A program made the translations under genes and the position numbers. The notes beneath the pieces are model-generated. The model saw nothing but the letters and a program-made list of their open reading frames with translations. It searched no databases and was not told the DNA's origin. Below, piece by piece: positions 1 through 8,826 of a stretch of DNA of 64,000 bases; the first letter of the stretch is position 1, and the number at the start of each line of letters is the position of its first letter. Source of the stretch: an uncultured Methanosarcinales archaeon (GTDB taxonomy: Archaea; Halobacteriota; Methanosarcinia; Methanotrichales; Methanotrichaceae); NCBI GenBank assembly GCA_963843555.1, contig CAWJKV010000003.1, positions 229,800 through 293,799 on the forward strand. The letters are read 5' to 3'.

Positions 1-1365
1 TTTGCGAATGTTGACAAGAAAATTAAGATAGACGGCCTGCAGAGGACATATGTGCACGGCAGCGGCGATATTGCCCTTGAGGAGAGCATAGGTGAGGAAG
101 CTAACAGCATCGAAAAGAGCATAAGCCTAACTTATAAGCCCATAGAATTTGCCGTCAATCCAGAAAATTCTCTCAATCTATCCTCCAAATGGAGTGAAGG
201 AGTATCATCTCAGACAGAGAATAATATCCTGCTGAGCGAGAGCTTTACAGACCTGGTGCTCATGGATAAGGAGACGAAGGTCTCAGATCTGACCAATGCC
301 GAAACAAGAGTCAACTTCACTGGCAGAGGAGAATTCGTAGTTGCGGGAGACAACTATACTCTGGATGATGTCTACATAGGCAACTACAGCGTGGCAAGAA
401 AGGTAGCCATCGTCCAGCTTCCCAAATACGATAAGCCTCACGTAACAGTGACTAAACAGCTCTACATAGATCGCGCAAACTGCAAAATAGCCGATTACAA
501 CATAACTATAACGAATGATGGCAATACGGCGCTCGGGCCGGTCTTTATCAGAGACACCTTCCCAACAGGTACATCCTTCCTGGGATCGTCAAGGCCGCCC
601 ATTGAACTGACCACCAGAATTGCGAACTGGTCCATAGAAGATCTTTACCCCGGCGAAATAGAGCACATCCGGCTCAAGCTAAAGATCGAAAAAGAGGTCG
701 ATAAGCTGACCAACCGTGTGAGGGCTACGGCCTATTACGTGGATGCGAGCAATAAACTCACCAGGACAACCTCGAATTACAACTCAACCGTCTTGCTTGA
801 CAAGAACATATGCATGCCAGGAAAGCTATCTGTAGCCACGACATCCACCCTGGATAAGAAAGGCACTGGCATTATACGCTTCAGGTCGACGGTAGAGAAC
901 CTGGCGGATTACAATGTGAGTGTGAACCTCACCAGTTATCTTCCTGAAGGTGCCTCCTTCCTGAACTCAACGCCGAAAACTAAAATTATAGGCGACGGTA
1001 ATGTCACCTGGTCGTTCAAACTGGCCACAGGGAAGAAGAGATCCATAACCTATTATGTGCAATATAATGAGAGCGGCCTTATTGAGAGCAGAGCAGTAGC
1101 ACACGCCGTTTCAGCAGAAGGGTACGAGAATTTGACCGCAGAAACCAGCGCATCGGTATTAATTCCTGAACCCAAGGCCATCTATGTGGATAGAATTATC
1201 GATGACTGGCTGCCGGAGGATTTATCCGATCCGCTGTTGCCGGCGTGCGGATCCGACGACGGACAATGCCTGTTGGTACCATCTGAAAATACAATTTTAT
1301 ATCCAGCGCCTATAAGAATCGTGCCGCCCTCACCTGGGTACAGCAGTGAATTATCATGCTGCTGA
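1..1365 (+). CDS. DUF11-like Ig-fold repeat surface protein (5' end outside window)
   Basis: Frame is open from base 1. Two DUF11-type modules (YNITITNDGNTALGPVFIRDTFPTG...; FRSTVENLADYNVSVNLTSYLPEGASF...) and many NxS/T sequons; ends in LSCC. Confidence 0.7.
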   Translation, partial: FANVDKKIKIDGLQRTYVHGSGDIALEESIGEEANSIEKSISLTYKPIEFAVNPENSLNLSSKWSEGVSSQTENNILLSESFTDLVLMDKETKVSDLTNAETRVNFTGRGEFVVAGDNYTLDDVYIGNYSVARKVAIVQLPKYDKPHVTVTKQLYIDRANCKIADYNITITNDGNTALGPVFIRDTFPTGTSFLGSSRPPIELTTRIANWSIEDLYPGEIEHIRLKLKIEKEVDKLTNRVRATAYYVDASNKLTRTTSNYNSTVLLDKNICMPGKLSVATTSTLDKKGTGIIRFRSTVENLADYNVSVNLTSYLPEGASFLNSTPKTKIIGDGNVTWSFKLATGKKRSITYYVQYNESGLIESRAVAHAVSAEGYENLTAETSASVLIPEPKAIYVDRIIDDWLPEDLSDPLLPACGSDDGQCLLVPSENTILYPAPIRIVPPSPGYSSELSCC

Positions 1366-1374
1366 CATTCAATT

Positions 1375-2871
1375 TTAGTTAATATAATATTTTCCGCCCG
1401 TGAGATCGGTAAGGACAGGTGTTTGGCTGATGAAGCGGCCCCGAGACCATTTGATTGTATCATTGTATGCTTTGTCGAAACATTCCTGCAAGAGAACCTT
1501 TTTGTTTCTTGCCCTCTCTTCTTTAATGGCCTTAATTAAGTTTGAGGTGAATATGCTCAAGGAACCGGTCCATTCCTCATTGCTGGATTCGTTATACCTG
1601 GAAGAAGCTAATATGAGCTGACCTTCTCCTATTGCCGGGCTCAAGCCTTCACTATTGCAGGCATCGATAATCACTGCCAGGTTTTTAAGATCCTTTATTT
1701 GCTGCTTGAGTTCATACTCGCTGATATAAGATGATATACTGCCATCAGCATCCTGGGGGATCAGATAGAAGGTGTCATTGTTGGCCCTAATTCCATGTCC
1801 TGAAAAGTAAAAGATAACATTTCCTAATTCCGTCTCATCTTTGATCTCTTTTAAGGCCACCTCCAGGATGTTGCGTTTTGTCGGCTTTCTTTCCGTTTGG
1901 TCGCTGAGCAAAACTACCGTATATCCAAGCGTGCTCATGAGGTCTGCGACCGATCTGGCATCATTAGCGCATGTATGCAAGCTCATTCGATCTTTGTATT
2001 CGTCGATTCCCACAATAATCGCATAGTTCTTGGAGTTCCTCGTCTCTTTCTTTAGATTTGGGAGCTTTTCCGGAATATATGTAAAATCGGTGCTCGAAAG
2101 ACTGCTGATAGAAAACGGATCAACTGGGTCCAAAGTTGGACGAGATGGGTTTCCGTCAGCCAGACTCCTCGTCGCGGAGGGGGCACCTCCAGTGGTAGCC
2201 CCCAATAGTTCCAAGAAAAGTTCCCCACCTGATAGATGACTGCGAAGAGATGTGCTGGTCTTAAGCTCATTATTTTCTGTAATATTTGAATAAGGCACAA
2301 CATTCTTGATCCAATCCAGGGAATTCTCAGCCATTGAATGATCCTGATATGAGGTTTGATGCTCATCATCAGGCTTGCGGAATTGATAACCGAAGTCTAT
2401 TCTATCCTGTATTGCCCTATCTTTTTCATATATATATTTTAATCCTGCTGCACTCGCCTCCAGATCTCCGCCACGTTCTTCTATCTCGAATACATTATTA
2501 TCTATAGTCGACAAGAACTCGTTTGACCGGCCAGGATCATAGCGGCCAACATCATAGAATTGAATACCACTATTATGTTCGGGTATCTCTTTCATAATCG
2601 ATTCCTTTTTCAGGAATATCTCCGAGTCGAAGACTGTGAGGTTCTCAGAAAAGGAATGGCGATCTGAGAAATCCTGTTTCTGCAACGATGCAAGTCTATC
2701 CCATTCAATATTTAATTGTTCTTTAGGTATGGAAAGGGGCTCATTGGAACTTTCAGCTTCTGCCAGTATCTTTAGATAATTTTCAGTCCTGGTTACAGGA
2801 TCTGGCACAGCCCCAGCTAAAGACGCAATTAAAATGAAGAGCAGCAGGATGCTGGGATACTTCGCATTCAA
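1375..2871 (-). CDS. Secreted caspase-family (peptidase C14, metacaspase-like) protease
   Basis: Signal peptide MNAKYPSILLLFILIASLAGA. C-terminal C14 domain: YAIIVGIDEY..L....NDA, catalytic FYFSGHG and IIDACNS, then p10-like LILASS..ESS..SIFTSNLIKAI. Confidence 0.9.
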   Translation of the reverse strand: MNAKYPSILLLFILIASLAGAVPDPVTRTENYLKILAEAESSNEPLSIPKEQLNIEWDRLASLQKQDFSDRHSFSENLTVFDSEIFLKKESIMKEIPEHNSGIQFYDVGRYDPGRSNEFLSTIDNNVFEIEERGGDLEASAAGLKYIYEKDRAIQDRIDFGYQFRKPDDEHQTSYQDHSMAENSLDWIKNVVPYSNITENNELKTSTSLRSHLSGGELFLELLGATTGGAPSATRSLADGNPSRPTLDPVDPFSISSLSSTDFTYIPEKLPNLKKETRNSKNYAIIVGIDEYKDRMSLHTCANDARSVADLMSTLGYTVVLLSDQTERKPTKRNILEVALKEIKDETELGNVIFYFSGHGIRANNDTFYLIPQDADGSISSYISEYELKQQIKDLKNLAVIIDACNSEGLSPAIGEGQLILASSRYNESSNEEWTGSLSIFTSNLIKAIKEERARNKKVLLQECFDKAYNDTIKWSRGRFISQTPVLTDLTGGKYYIN

Positions 2872-3108
2872 CTACATCACAGTCTATTTATCGATTTGTT
2901 ACAATCTTCGCATAATCCTATATATAAAAGATCCATATTTTTTGTACTTAGTGGCATTACTTATCATTCTTTCCGAGATGCAACTCTTACGCTTGATTCC
3001 TATCCCTTTAATAAATTACAGGGATATGTTAATAGTAGACCTGCCTGGAGAGGGCAAATTTCCTTTCCAAGGATTGGGGAAGAATTACATAAAGGAGGCA
3101 AAAAAGCA

Positions 3109-3780
3109 ATGTTGAAATATATTGGAGTATTGATGCTGGTTCTCCTGGCAATGGGAGCCGCTAGCGCACAGCCAAAGGTTTGCGATGTATGCTATGCAAA
3201 CATCATCACCCAAACAGATACCCAAACCATCGAAAACGTGAAACTTGGGATGTCTGATGTCGGCAAGGAAACCGTTGGCGTCGTAAATGAAGGTCTGTCC
3301 GCTGCTATCATAGTTACACCTCCCTACGAGGACAATGAAACCGGCAGTATGTTCGCGGTCGCTGGCTTCGCGAGAATCGACCAGGCCATGACCCAGACCA
3401 TCAACGGACTTGGAACCGATGACCCAGCACTCATTGAACTTGGTGCAGAGGGTGCAAAGGGCCTCGTACTTAACAAGGCTATTCAGGCTGCCTGGATCAC
3501 CAATCAGGGCCTTAAAGAGAGAGAGAATCTCACCTGGGTAAAAGAGGGCGCCTACATCGGTCAGACCACGAACCAGAATGTCAAGAATGTATGGGATTTC
3601 GACAGCCGCGAGGGAGCCAAGATTCTGAACCTCGACAACAAGGTAGCCTTGATTGTTGATGATCTGAACACAGTTATTAACCTCACCGCCAGCGCAGATT
3701 CCGACACAACCGACAATGCGACCTCTTCCGGAAACTTCTACGATGATGTTAACATCACCGTTGCCGCAAAGGATCCTTAG
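3109..3780 (+). CDS. Secreted protein with three imperfect Q/N-patterned beta-repeats (putative fibre/amyloid subunit)
   Basis: AGGAGG RBS upstream of ATG 3109; signal peptide MLKYIGVLMLVLLAMGAASA; repeats I-x-Q-x3-Q-x-(I/V) and N-x5-A-x-I. Confidence 0.75.
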   Translation: MLKYIGVLMLVLLAMGAASAQPKVCDVCYANIITQTDTQTIENVKLGMSDVGKETVGVVNEGLSAAIIVTPPYEDNETGSMFAVAGFARIDQAMTQTINGLGTDDPALIELGAEGAKGLVLNKAIQAAWITNQGLKERENLTWVKEGAYIGQTTNQNVKNVWDFDSREGAKILNLDNKVALIVDDLNTVINLTASADSDTTDNATSSGNFYDDVNITVAAKDP

Positions 3781-3830
3781 AGAACTGGTTAGTCGCTGAA
3801 ACGCCATAAAGAATAAAAAAAAGCAGGTGG

Positions 3831-3862
3831 ATAAGGCGCAGGCATGAAAACCCGCGCCTTAT
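3831..3862 (+). terminator. Stem-loop downstream of the 3109-3780 gene (terminator or mRNA-stabilising hairpin)
   Basis: ataaggcgc (3831-3839) pairs with gcgccttat (3854-3862). Confidence 0.45.
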
Positions 3863-3875
3863 TCCCAAATATTAT

Positions 3876-4782
3876 TTGATGATTATGTCTCAGATTGCCA
3901 GAGTTTCCAGATCGTATCCCTTGTTGATAACGATCGTTGTTCTATTGATGAGTCTATCATTAGAAACTAGCTTATGCCAGGTTCCTGATAACAATACTGC
4001 AGACTATAAATTAGAGAACGTCACACCTACCCAGATTCTCGAAGATCAAAAGATAATATCAGACGAAATTAATCCGTCCAATATAAAATTTGTCACCACC
4101 CGGGATTCATATCAGTTGTCCTCGTTTAGCAACCTCCCTAAAATGGGTTTGTTCAGCAATTTGAATACGTCACTAATGTCGACAGAAGATGGTTGGAAAA
4201 GATCGCGCCAATTTAGCGTGTTTTCCTACGGATCAGAATTGATGGAGCTAAGTGAGTTCTCATGGATGAAGAGTGAAGGGTTTAATAGTGAAGACGAGCT
4301 AGAAAGTTTTATACGAAGGGGGTTATGACCGATCGGCCACCCTTAAGGATGCCTCATATCCCTTTGTTGCTATTAGAGAAGATCTCGCAGAGCTATCAGA
4401 TGCACTAACCCTGGTGAACTCAACTTCAAAAATTTGTTATATATTATTTGATGATCCCTTATTAAACTATGATATTACCGCCCTGAACAGGGCTTTTGGA
4501 AATTCGAGCCAGTTCGAAACGTTTAAATACAATCCAAATTATGATCCAGAAATGGCTAATTTAACCAGAACATCAGGACTCGACTTGAGTTTGTTCTTAA
4601 ATGACGATATATGGGCACAATTTGGGTCGATATTTAATAACAAAGAGATCATGAAATTGTTTCACGATGCGGCATTGAAACAACGAGACGGGAATAACCA
4701 GCCACCTAATACAGAAAGATCGCGACATTGGTTTGAGGAATCAGACGGCGGAGTATACTGCAGATGGGGTGCCACACCATAA
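3876..4782 (+). CDS. Secreted hypothetical protein, probably one gene split by an indel in a G-run at about 4318-4322
   Basis: Signal-like N-terminus (LLITIVVLLMSLSLETSLC). Removing one G joins ORF 3876-4328 to the open frame GYDRSATLKDASY... that leads into ORF 4414-4782. Confidence 0.55.
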
Positions 4783-4808
4783 ATTGCCATGAAAAAGAAC
4801 GTGTGTAC

Positions 4809-5354
4809 ATGAAGTTCTTTTATTTATATATCTGTATCTTATTCGCAATCGTTACATCCACAGCCGTAGCAGATGAGTCAACTCTGGGGTCATTTTCCGA
4901 GAATGAGAGTTCAGGGAATATGTTGCTTGCCAATGATACTGGAAAGCTAATAAACGAATCAAGATCGATTCTCGAGGGGTTGGAGTCGTCGAATGCACCC
5001 TCCAAAGGAGGAAAGCTATTCGTGATAGGCGAGGTTGCCCTATCTCTGGCCTCGAAAAATCTGGATAGACTGTCCAACGATCCGGCTTTAAAGATCGAAA
5101 CCGGAGAATTCACGGAGCTGTACAGCGAAATGAGTTCTGCCTTCGGAATAAAAAAAATTCCTATTCAATTCATCAAGTACGAACCCCAGGAAAGACAAAT
5201 ATCCATAGATAATAACTTTTCTTCAGAAATCGGGCCTATTAACATCATAATTCAGGATCAACTTGAACCAAATCCTACCACGTTTTTTATGTATGATATT
5301 TCAAATGGGCACAGAGAAGCCTCCGGTGGAGTTGAAGTTATATGGGATTATTAG
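4809..5354 (+). CDS. Secreted hypothetical protein
   Basis: Signal peptide MKFFYLYICILFAIVTSTAVA; operon-like spacing. Confidence 0.65.
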   Translation: MKFFYLYICILFAIVTSTAVADESTLGSFSENESSGNMLLANDTGKLINESRSILEGLESSNAPSKGGKLFVIGEVALSLASKNLDRLSNDPALKIETGEFTELYSEMSSAFGIKKIPIQFIKYEPQERQISIDNNFSSEIGPINIIIQDQLEPNPTTFFMYDISNGHREASGGVEVIWDY

Positions 5355-5365
5355 GATGCTTGCCA

Positions 5366-6250
5366 ATGATGCAGGATCTCAGGGTGCAGGTGCTGGTCAT
5401 GGTCCTGATATTTGCCATCTCCATTGCGTCGGGTGACGTCAGTCTTCAGAACAGCTATTATACCACAGGCAGCGATAGCCGCGAACAAATATACTTGCAT
5501 GAAATGGATTATTCAAATTCAGCGAGTGTTTCTTCAATCTCGTATTATGCCAGTTCACAAGCCAGTCCTGCGAATCAATCCAAGGATAGCAGTTTTGAAG
5601 ATGCTGCCTATATGCATTCAATTGATGGAGCGCAAGGTGCAAGCCTTAAAATCGATGCTGAGGATCCGGAATACTCTCGATCGATAAGTGGCGGCGAATC
5701 CAATTCAATAACGTTCTCCTATTCTAATGGACCTGGCATTGTCCAGGCGGATTACTTTACGCCTTCTACTAAATATAGCGAAGACATTTCCCTTATCAAT
5801 AGCACATATTATGCTGACTTTGGCGTATACGATTCAAATTCGCATTCCTATGGGATCGGAGACTCTATGGGCGATAATCAGAGCAGCTTTAAACAAGATA
5901 TTTATATGGCGTTTTCGGATAAATTTTGTAGCATAAAAACTGTCTTGAACACAGGTAGTAAAAACAACGGAACCAATCCAGTGAATTACACCTGGGATGC
6001 CTTCAGCGGTCAGAGGCAATATGCTTATGCTGGGACAAATCTGCAAGTCTTTCCAGGTAATAGAACCGTCGAATTCTGGATTGATGGCACAAGCTCTATA
6101 TTGGAGGATAAATTTTCCCCGGACAAGAAAAATGATACATATCCTGCCAAATTCGATAAGGATGGATATTTAGTATTAAAAAATAATAGTTTGACACGAG
6201 TATCAAGCAAGACCATCCTCATGCAGTATCGGCTGAACCAAACAAGCTAG
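5366..6250 (+). CDS. Secreted Ser/Tyr/Asn-rich beta-strand protein
   Basis: Signal peptide (VQVLVMVLIFAISIASG), many NxS/T sequons, alternating polar/hydrophobic pattern. Confidence 0.7.
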   Translation: MMQDLRVQVLVMVLIFAISIASGDVSLQNSYYTTGSDSREQIYLHEMDYSNSASVSSISYYASSQASPANQSKDSSFEDAAYMHSIDGAQGASLKIDAEDPEYSRSISGGESNSITFSYSNGPGIVQADYFTPSTKYSEDISLINSTYYADFGVYDSNSHSYGIGDSMGDNQSSFKQDIYMAFSDKFCSIKTVLNTGSKNNGTNPVNYTWDAFSGQRQYAYAGTNLQVFPGNRTVEFWIDGTSSILEDKFSPDKKNDTYPAKFDKDGYLVLKNNSLTRVSSKTILMQYRLNQTS

Positions 6251-6506
6251 ATGTGATAATTCTTTAAATCAAATTTGGCGTGCTGCCCTGCCCCGCCTGA
6301 GAATAAGGTATGATCGGGCGCACACCCAGTTTTCAGGAACTCAGCAGGCCTCGAGTCTTCGTTTGCCCAGATCCCCTTGAATCACATCTTAGCCATAGGT
6401 GGATGGCACCGTCTGTGGCTTAGGTGCGAAATAACAACCACATTTTTTTGAAAAGATGAATGGTTTGTAGATCTCGGATAGCGTAAAAGAACGTGGGGGG
6501 AGAGGG

Positions 6507-7481
6507 TCATGATGTAATAATTCTCACGCAATAGTCTTCCACCTCTCCATCGGGTGCCAGCCCGTCGAAGGACAATCCTTTTTCACTGCTGAAGCGGAAA
6601 CGGGAATAGGTATCGCCTTGCAACGCCTTTGCCGGAACAATAAAGGAAACATGATTGATGCCGATATCCAGGTCCAGGTCGGAGAAGATCTTCTCCTCCC
6701 CGTCGGCCCAATCGCCATCTCCGTTAAAATCCATCCAGGCATTCAGAAAACCAGGGCATGAAGCAGTTATTTCGATGAGAGCCTTCGCTCCAGGATGGAG
6801 GGGCCCTGCAAAAGCGACGCCGTCTTCGTCATCAGTCTCATTGATATCATCCCCTGCAGCATTTGCGTGCGGCTGTCCATCCAATTCGGCATCAATTTTT
6901 TTGCCTATATAAATGCCGGGCACGATCAGATGTCTCGCACCCCGGGAAGCCAGAAGCGTGTGATACTGCGGATCCGGGGCATCCCCGAAGTCCCACTTTC
7001 CTTCAGTTAGAATTATGGTATATTCGTAAAGTTCGGTGTCATTTATTGTTCTCAGTTCGTGGGGCTCTTCTAGCGTCTCATTCGATAAGTCACCCGACCT
7101 TTCACTTATTAATGGAAAATTCATTTTGCAGAAGACTATTCCTGGTTTATCATCATCTTTGCTTCTGATTTCATCAACGACTTTAATGATATCTTCAGGG
7201 ATGTTGCTCTCTGTCACTACCGGACCACTAACTTCTATTATCGCCATTTCGCTGATATCCAAATCATTCACTCCAGCCTCTTGCACTATGTGTTGGACTA
7301 TGAAGACGTCATCATAAGGGGCACCTGCTACCTGTATGCTATTTTGCAGACCAGGAGAAACGTCATTTGCACTCACTTCCTGGCTGATGCTCTGCATGAT
7401 CCAGCTCCCGGTTGCCAGTGGCATTGCGAGACAAAATAATATGAACGCAGCACACAATATTGATCTAATGGTGAACCTCAT
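6507..7481 (-). CDS. Secreted GEVED-domain protein with N-terminal Q-patterned repeats
   Basis: Signal peptide MRFTIRSILCAAFILFCLAMPLATG; DFGDAP..Y.TL, DEDGV, AWMDFNGDGDW, RFRFSS and DGEVEDY motifs. Confidence 0.8.
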   Translation of the reverse strand: MRFTIRSILCAAFILFCLAMPLATGSWIMQSISQEVSANDVSPGLQNSIQVAGAPYDDVFIVQHIVQEAGVNDLDISEMAIIEVSGPVVTESNIPEDIIKVVDEIRSKDDDKPGIVFCKMNFPLISERSGDLSNETLEEPHELRTINDTELYEYTIILTEGKWDFGDAPDPQYHTLLASRGARHLIVPGIYIGKKIDAELDGQPHANAAGDDINETDDEDGVAFAGPLHPGAKALIEITASCPGFLNAWMDFNGDGDWADGEEKIFSDLDLDIGINHVSFIVPAKALQGDTYSRFRFSSEKGLSFDGLAPDGEVEDYCVRIITS

Positions 7482-7726
7482 TTGGATAATCCTCTGGAGG
7501 ATGATAATTTTTTGGGGATACATTTACTATGATGAGAGATCTTTTTGGCGTATAAATGGTACGGAATATTGAGACCTGAGATGTGATCAATATTTCGGAT
7601 CAGTAATTGGTATGTCTTATCAAATCGCACCATCATTCTAATAGAAAGGAATTTAACGAGGAGCAGCCCAATTTATCTAGAAATTGGCGTCATAAAGCAA
7701 TATTAAGAAAGCAAGGACGATGATAT

Positions 7727-8716
7727 ATGTCAGAACTCAAATTGATAGCCGGGAGCAATATACGGGCGTTTTGCATAATTATAATAGCGATGACTATCCT
7801 TTGTGCATCTGCAAGCGCTGAATGCTCTCCCTGCACCTTTGTGAATAATTGGATAAAGGAAACGATCAACAGGATCCTTCCAGGTGATTCCCAACCTGAC
7901 AAGGAGATGACTTTTGCAGCCAGTTCAGAGATCTTGGAGGTAAAATCGGCTACACCAGAGAGTTCCTCTCAGAGCGAATTGGCCAATGACATGCTGGTGC
8001 CTGTTTCCGGAGTCGGCAAAGATGACATAATCCTCGATGTAAGCGAAAATACAAAATCCTACATACCCGGTGCAATTCATATTTCGTATGTGAATTTTAT
8101 AGATAATAACAATACAGCTCAGATCAAGACTCTGCCGGAAATTGCCAAGATCCTGGGAGATGCAGGCATTGGAAGCAGCGATTCTGTGGTCGTATACGGC
8201 GAATGTAAGCCCTGTGGGGGAGGGCCCTCGGCAACATCCTATGTTTACTGGCTGCTTCGCTACATCGGCCACGATAAAGTCAAAGTGCTGGATGGTGGGA
8301 TCGATGCCTGGACTGGGGCAGGAATGCCCGTTGAGAATTCTTCGTCTGTCAGGCCGGCCACAACTTATTCACCCTCTCTGAGACCGGAACTGTATGCGAC
8401 ATATGATTATGTCAAGAGCGGGGCCGCTCAGATAGTTGATGCCAGGTCCGCCCGGGAGTTCGAGTCCAGAACGATACCTGGTGCCATCAACATTCCCTAC
8501 GATGAGGTATTGAAAGGAAAGATGTTCAAGGATAGGGCCGGGATTGAGGATGTCTTCCGCAATTTGACGAGCGATAAACCTGTGGTTGTATTTACCACGA
8601 CGGGCACCAAAGCGTCCCTGGCATGGTTCGCTCTTATGATGACGGGCCATGATGCCAAGATGTACACATGGCGCGATTGGATCAAGAGCAATAGTACGAG
8701 GACGAGCACAGGATGA
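7727..8716 (+). CDS. Tandem rhodanese (sulfurtransferase-like) protein with signal peptide
   Basis: YIPGAIHI, VKVLDGGIDAW, IVDARSAREF..TIPGAINIP motifs; hydrophobic N-terminus ending ASA. Confidence 0.85.
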   Translation: MSELKLIAGSNIRAFCIIIIAMTILCASASAECSPCTFVNNWIKETINRILPGDSQPDKEMTFAASSEILEVKSATPESSSQSELANDMLVPVSGVGKDDIILDVSENTKSYIPGAIHISYVNFIDNNNTAQIKTLPEIAKILGDAGIGSSDSVVVYGECKPCGGGPSATSYVYWLLRYIGHDKVKVLDGGIDAWTGAGMPVENSSSVRPATTYSPSLRPELYATYDYVKSGAAQIVDARSAREFESRTIPGAINIPYDEVLKGKMFKDRAGIEDVFRNLTSDKPVVVFTTTGTKASLAWFALMMTGHDAKMYTWRDWIKSNSTRTSTG

Positions 8717-8826
8717 ATCAATCTTAACCTGTCTAATTAATAAAATATATTTTTTTATTTTCATTTATTTCATTGTCCTGTTCTTTTCGCCAATAGTTTT
8801 ATGCTTTATGCCTCTATCCTATTTCT

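Noticed and set aside
2896..3108. Longer 294-aa start for the repeat protein given in the ORF track
   Set aside because: It spans the divergent promoter; the RBS and signal peptide point to ATG 3109.
3085..3807. 240-aa antisense ORF
   Set aside because: Shadow of the codon-biased + strand gene; no protein-like features.
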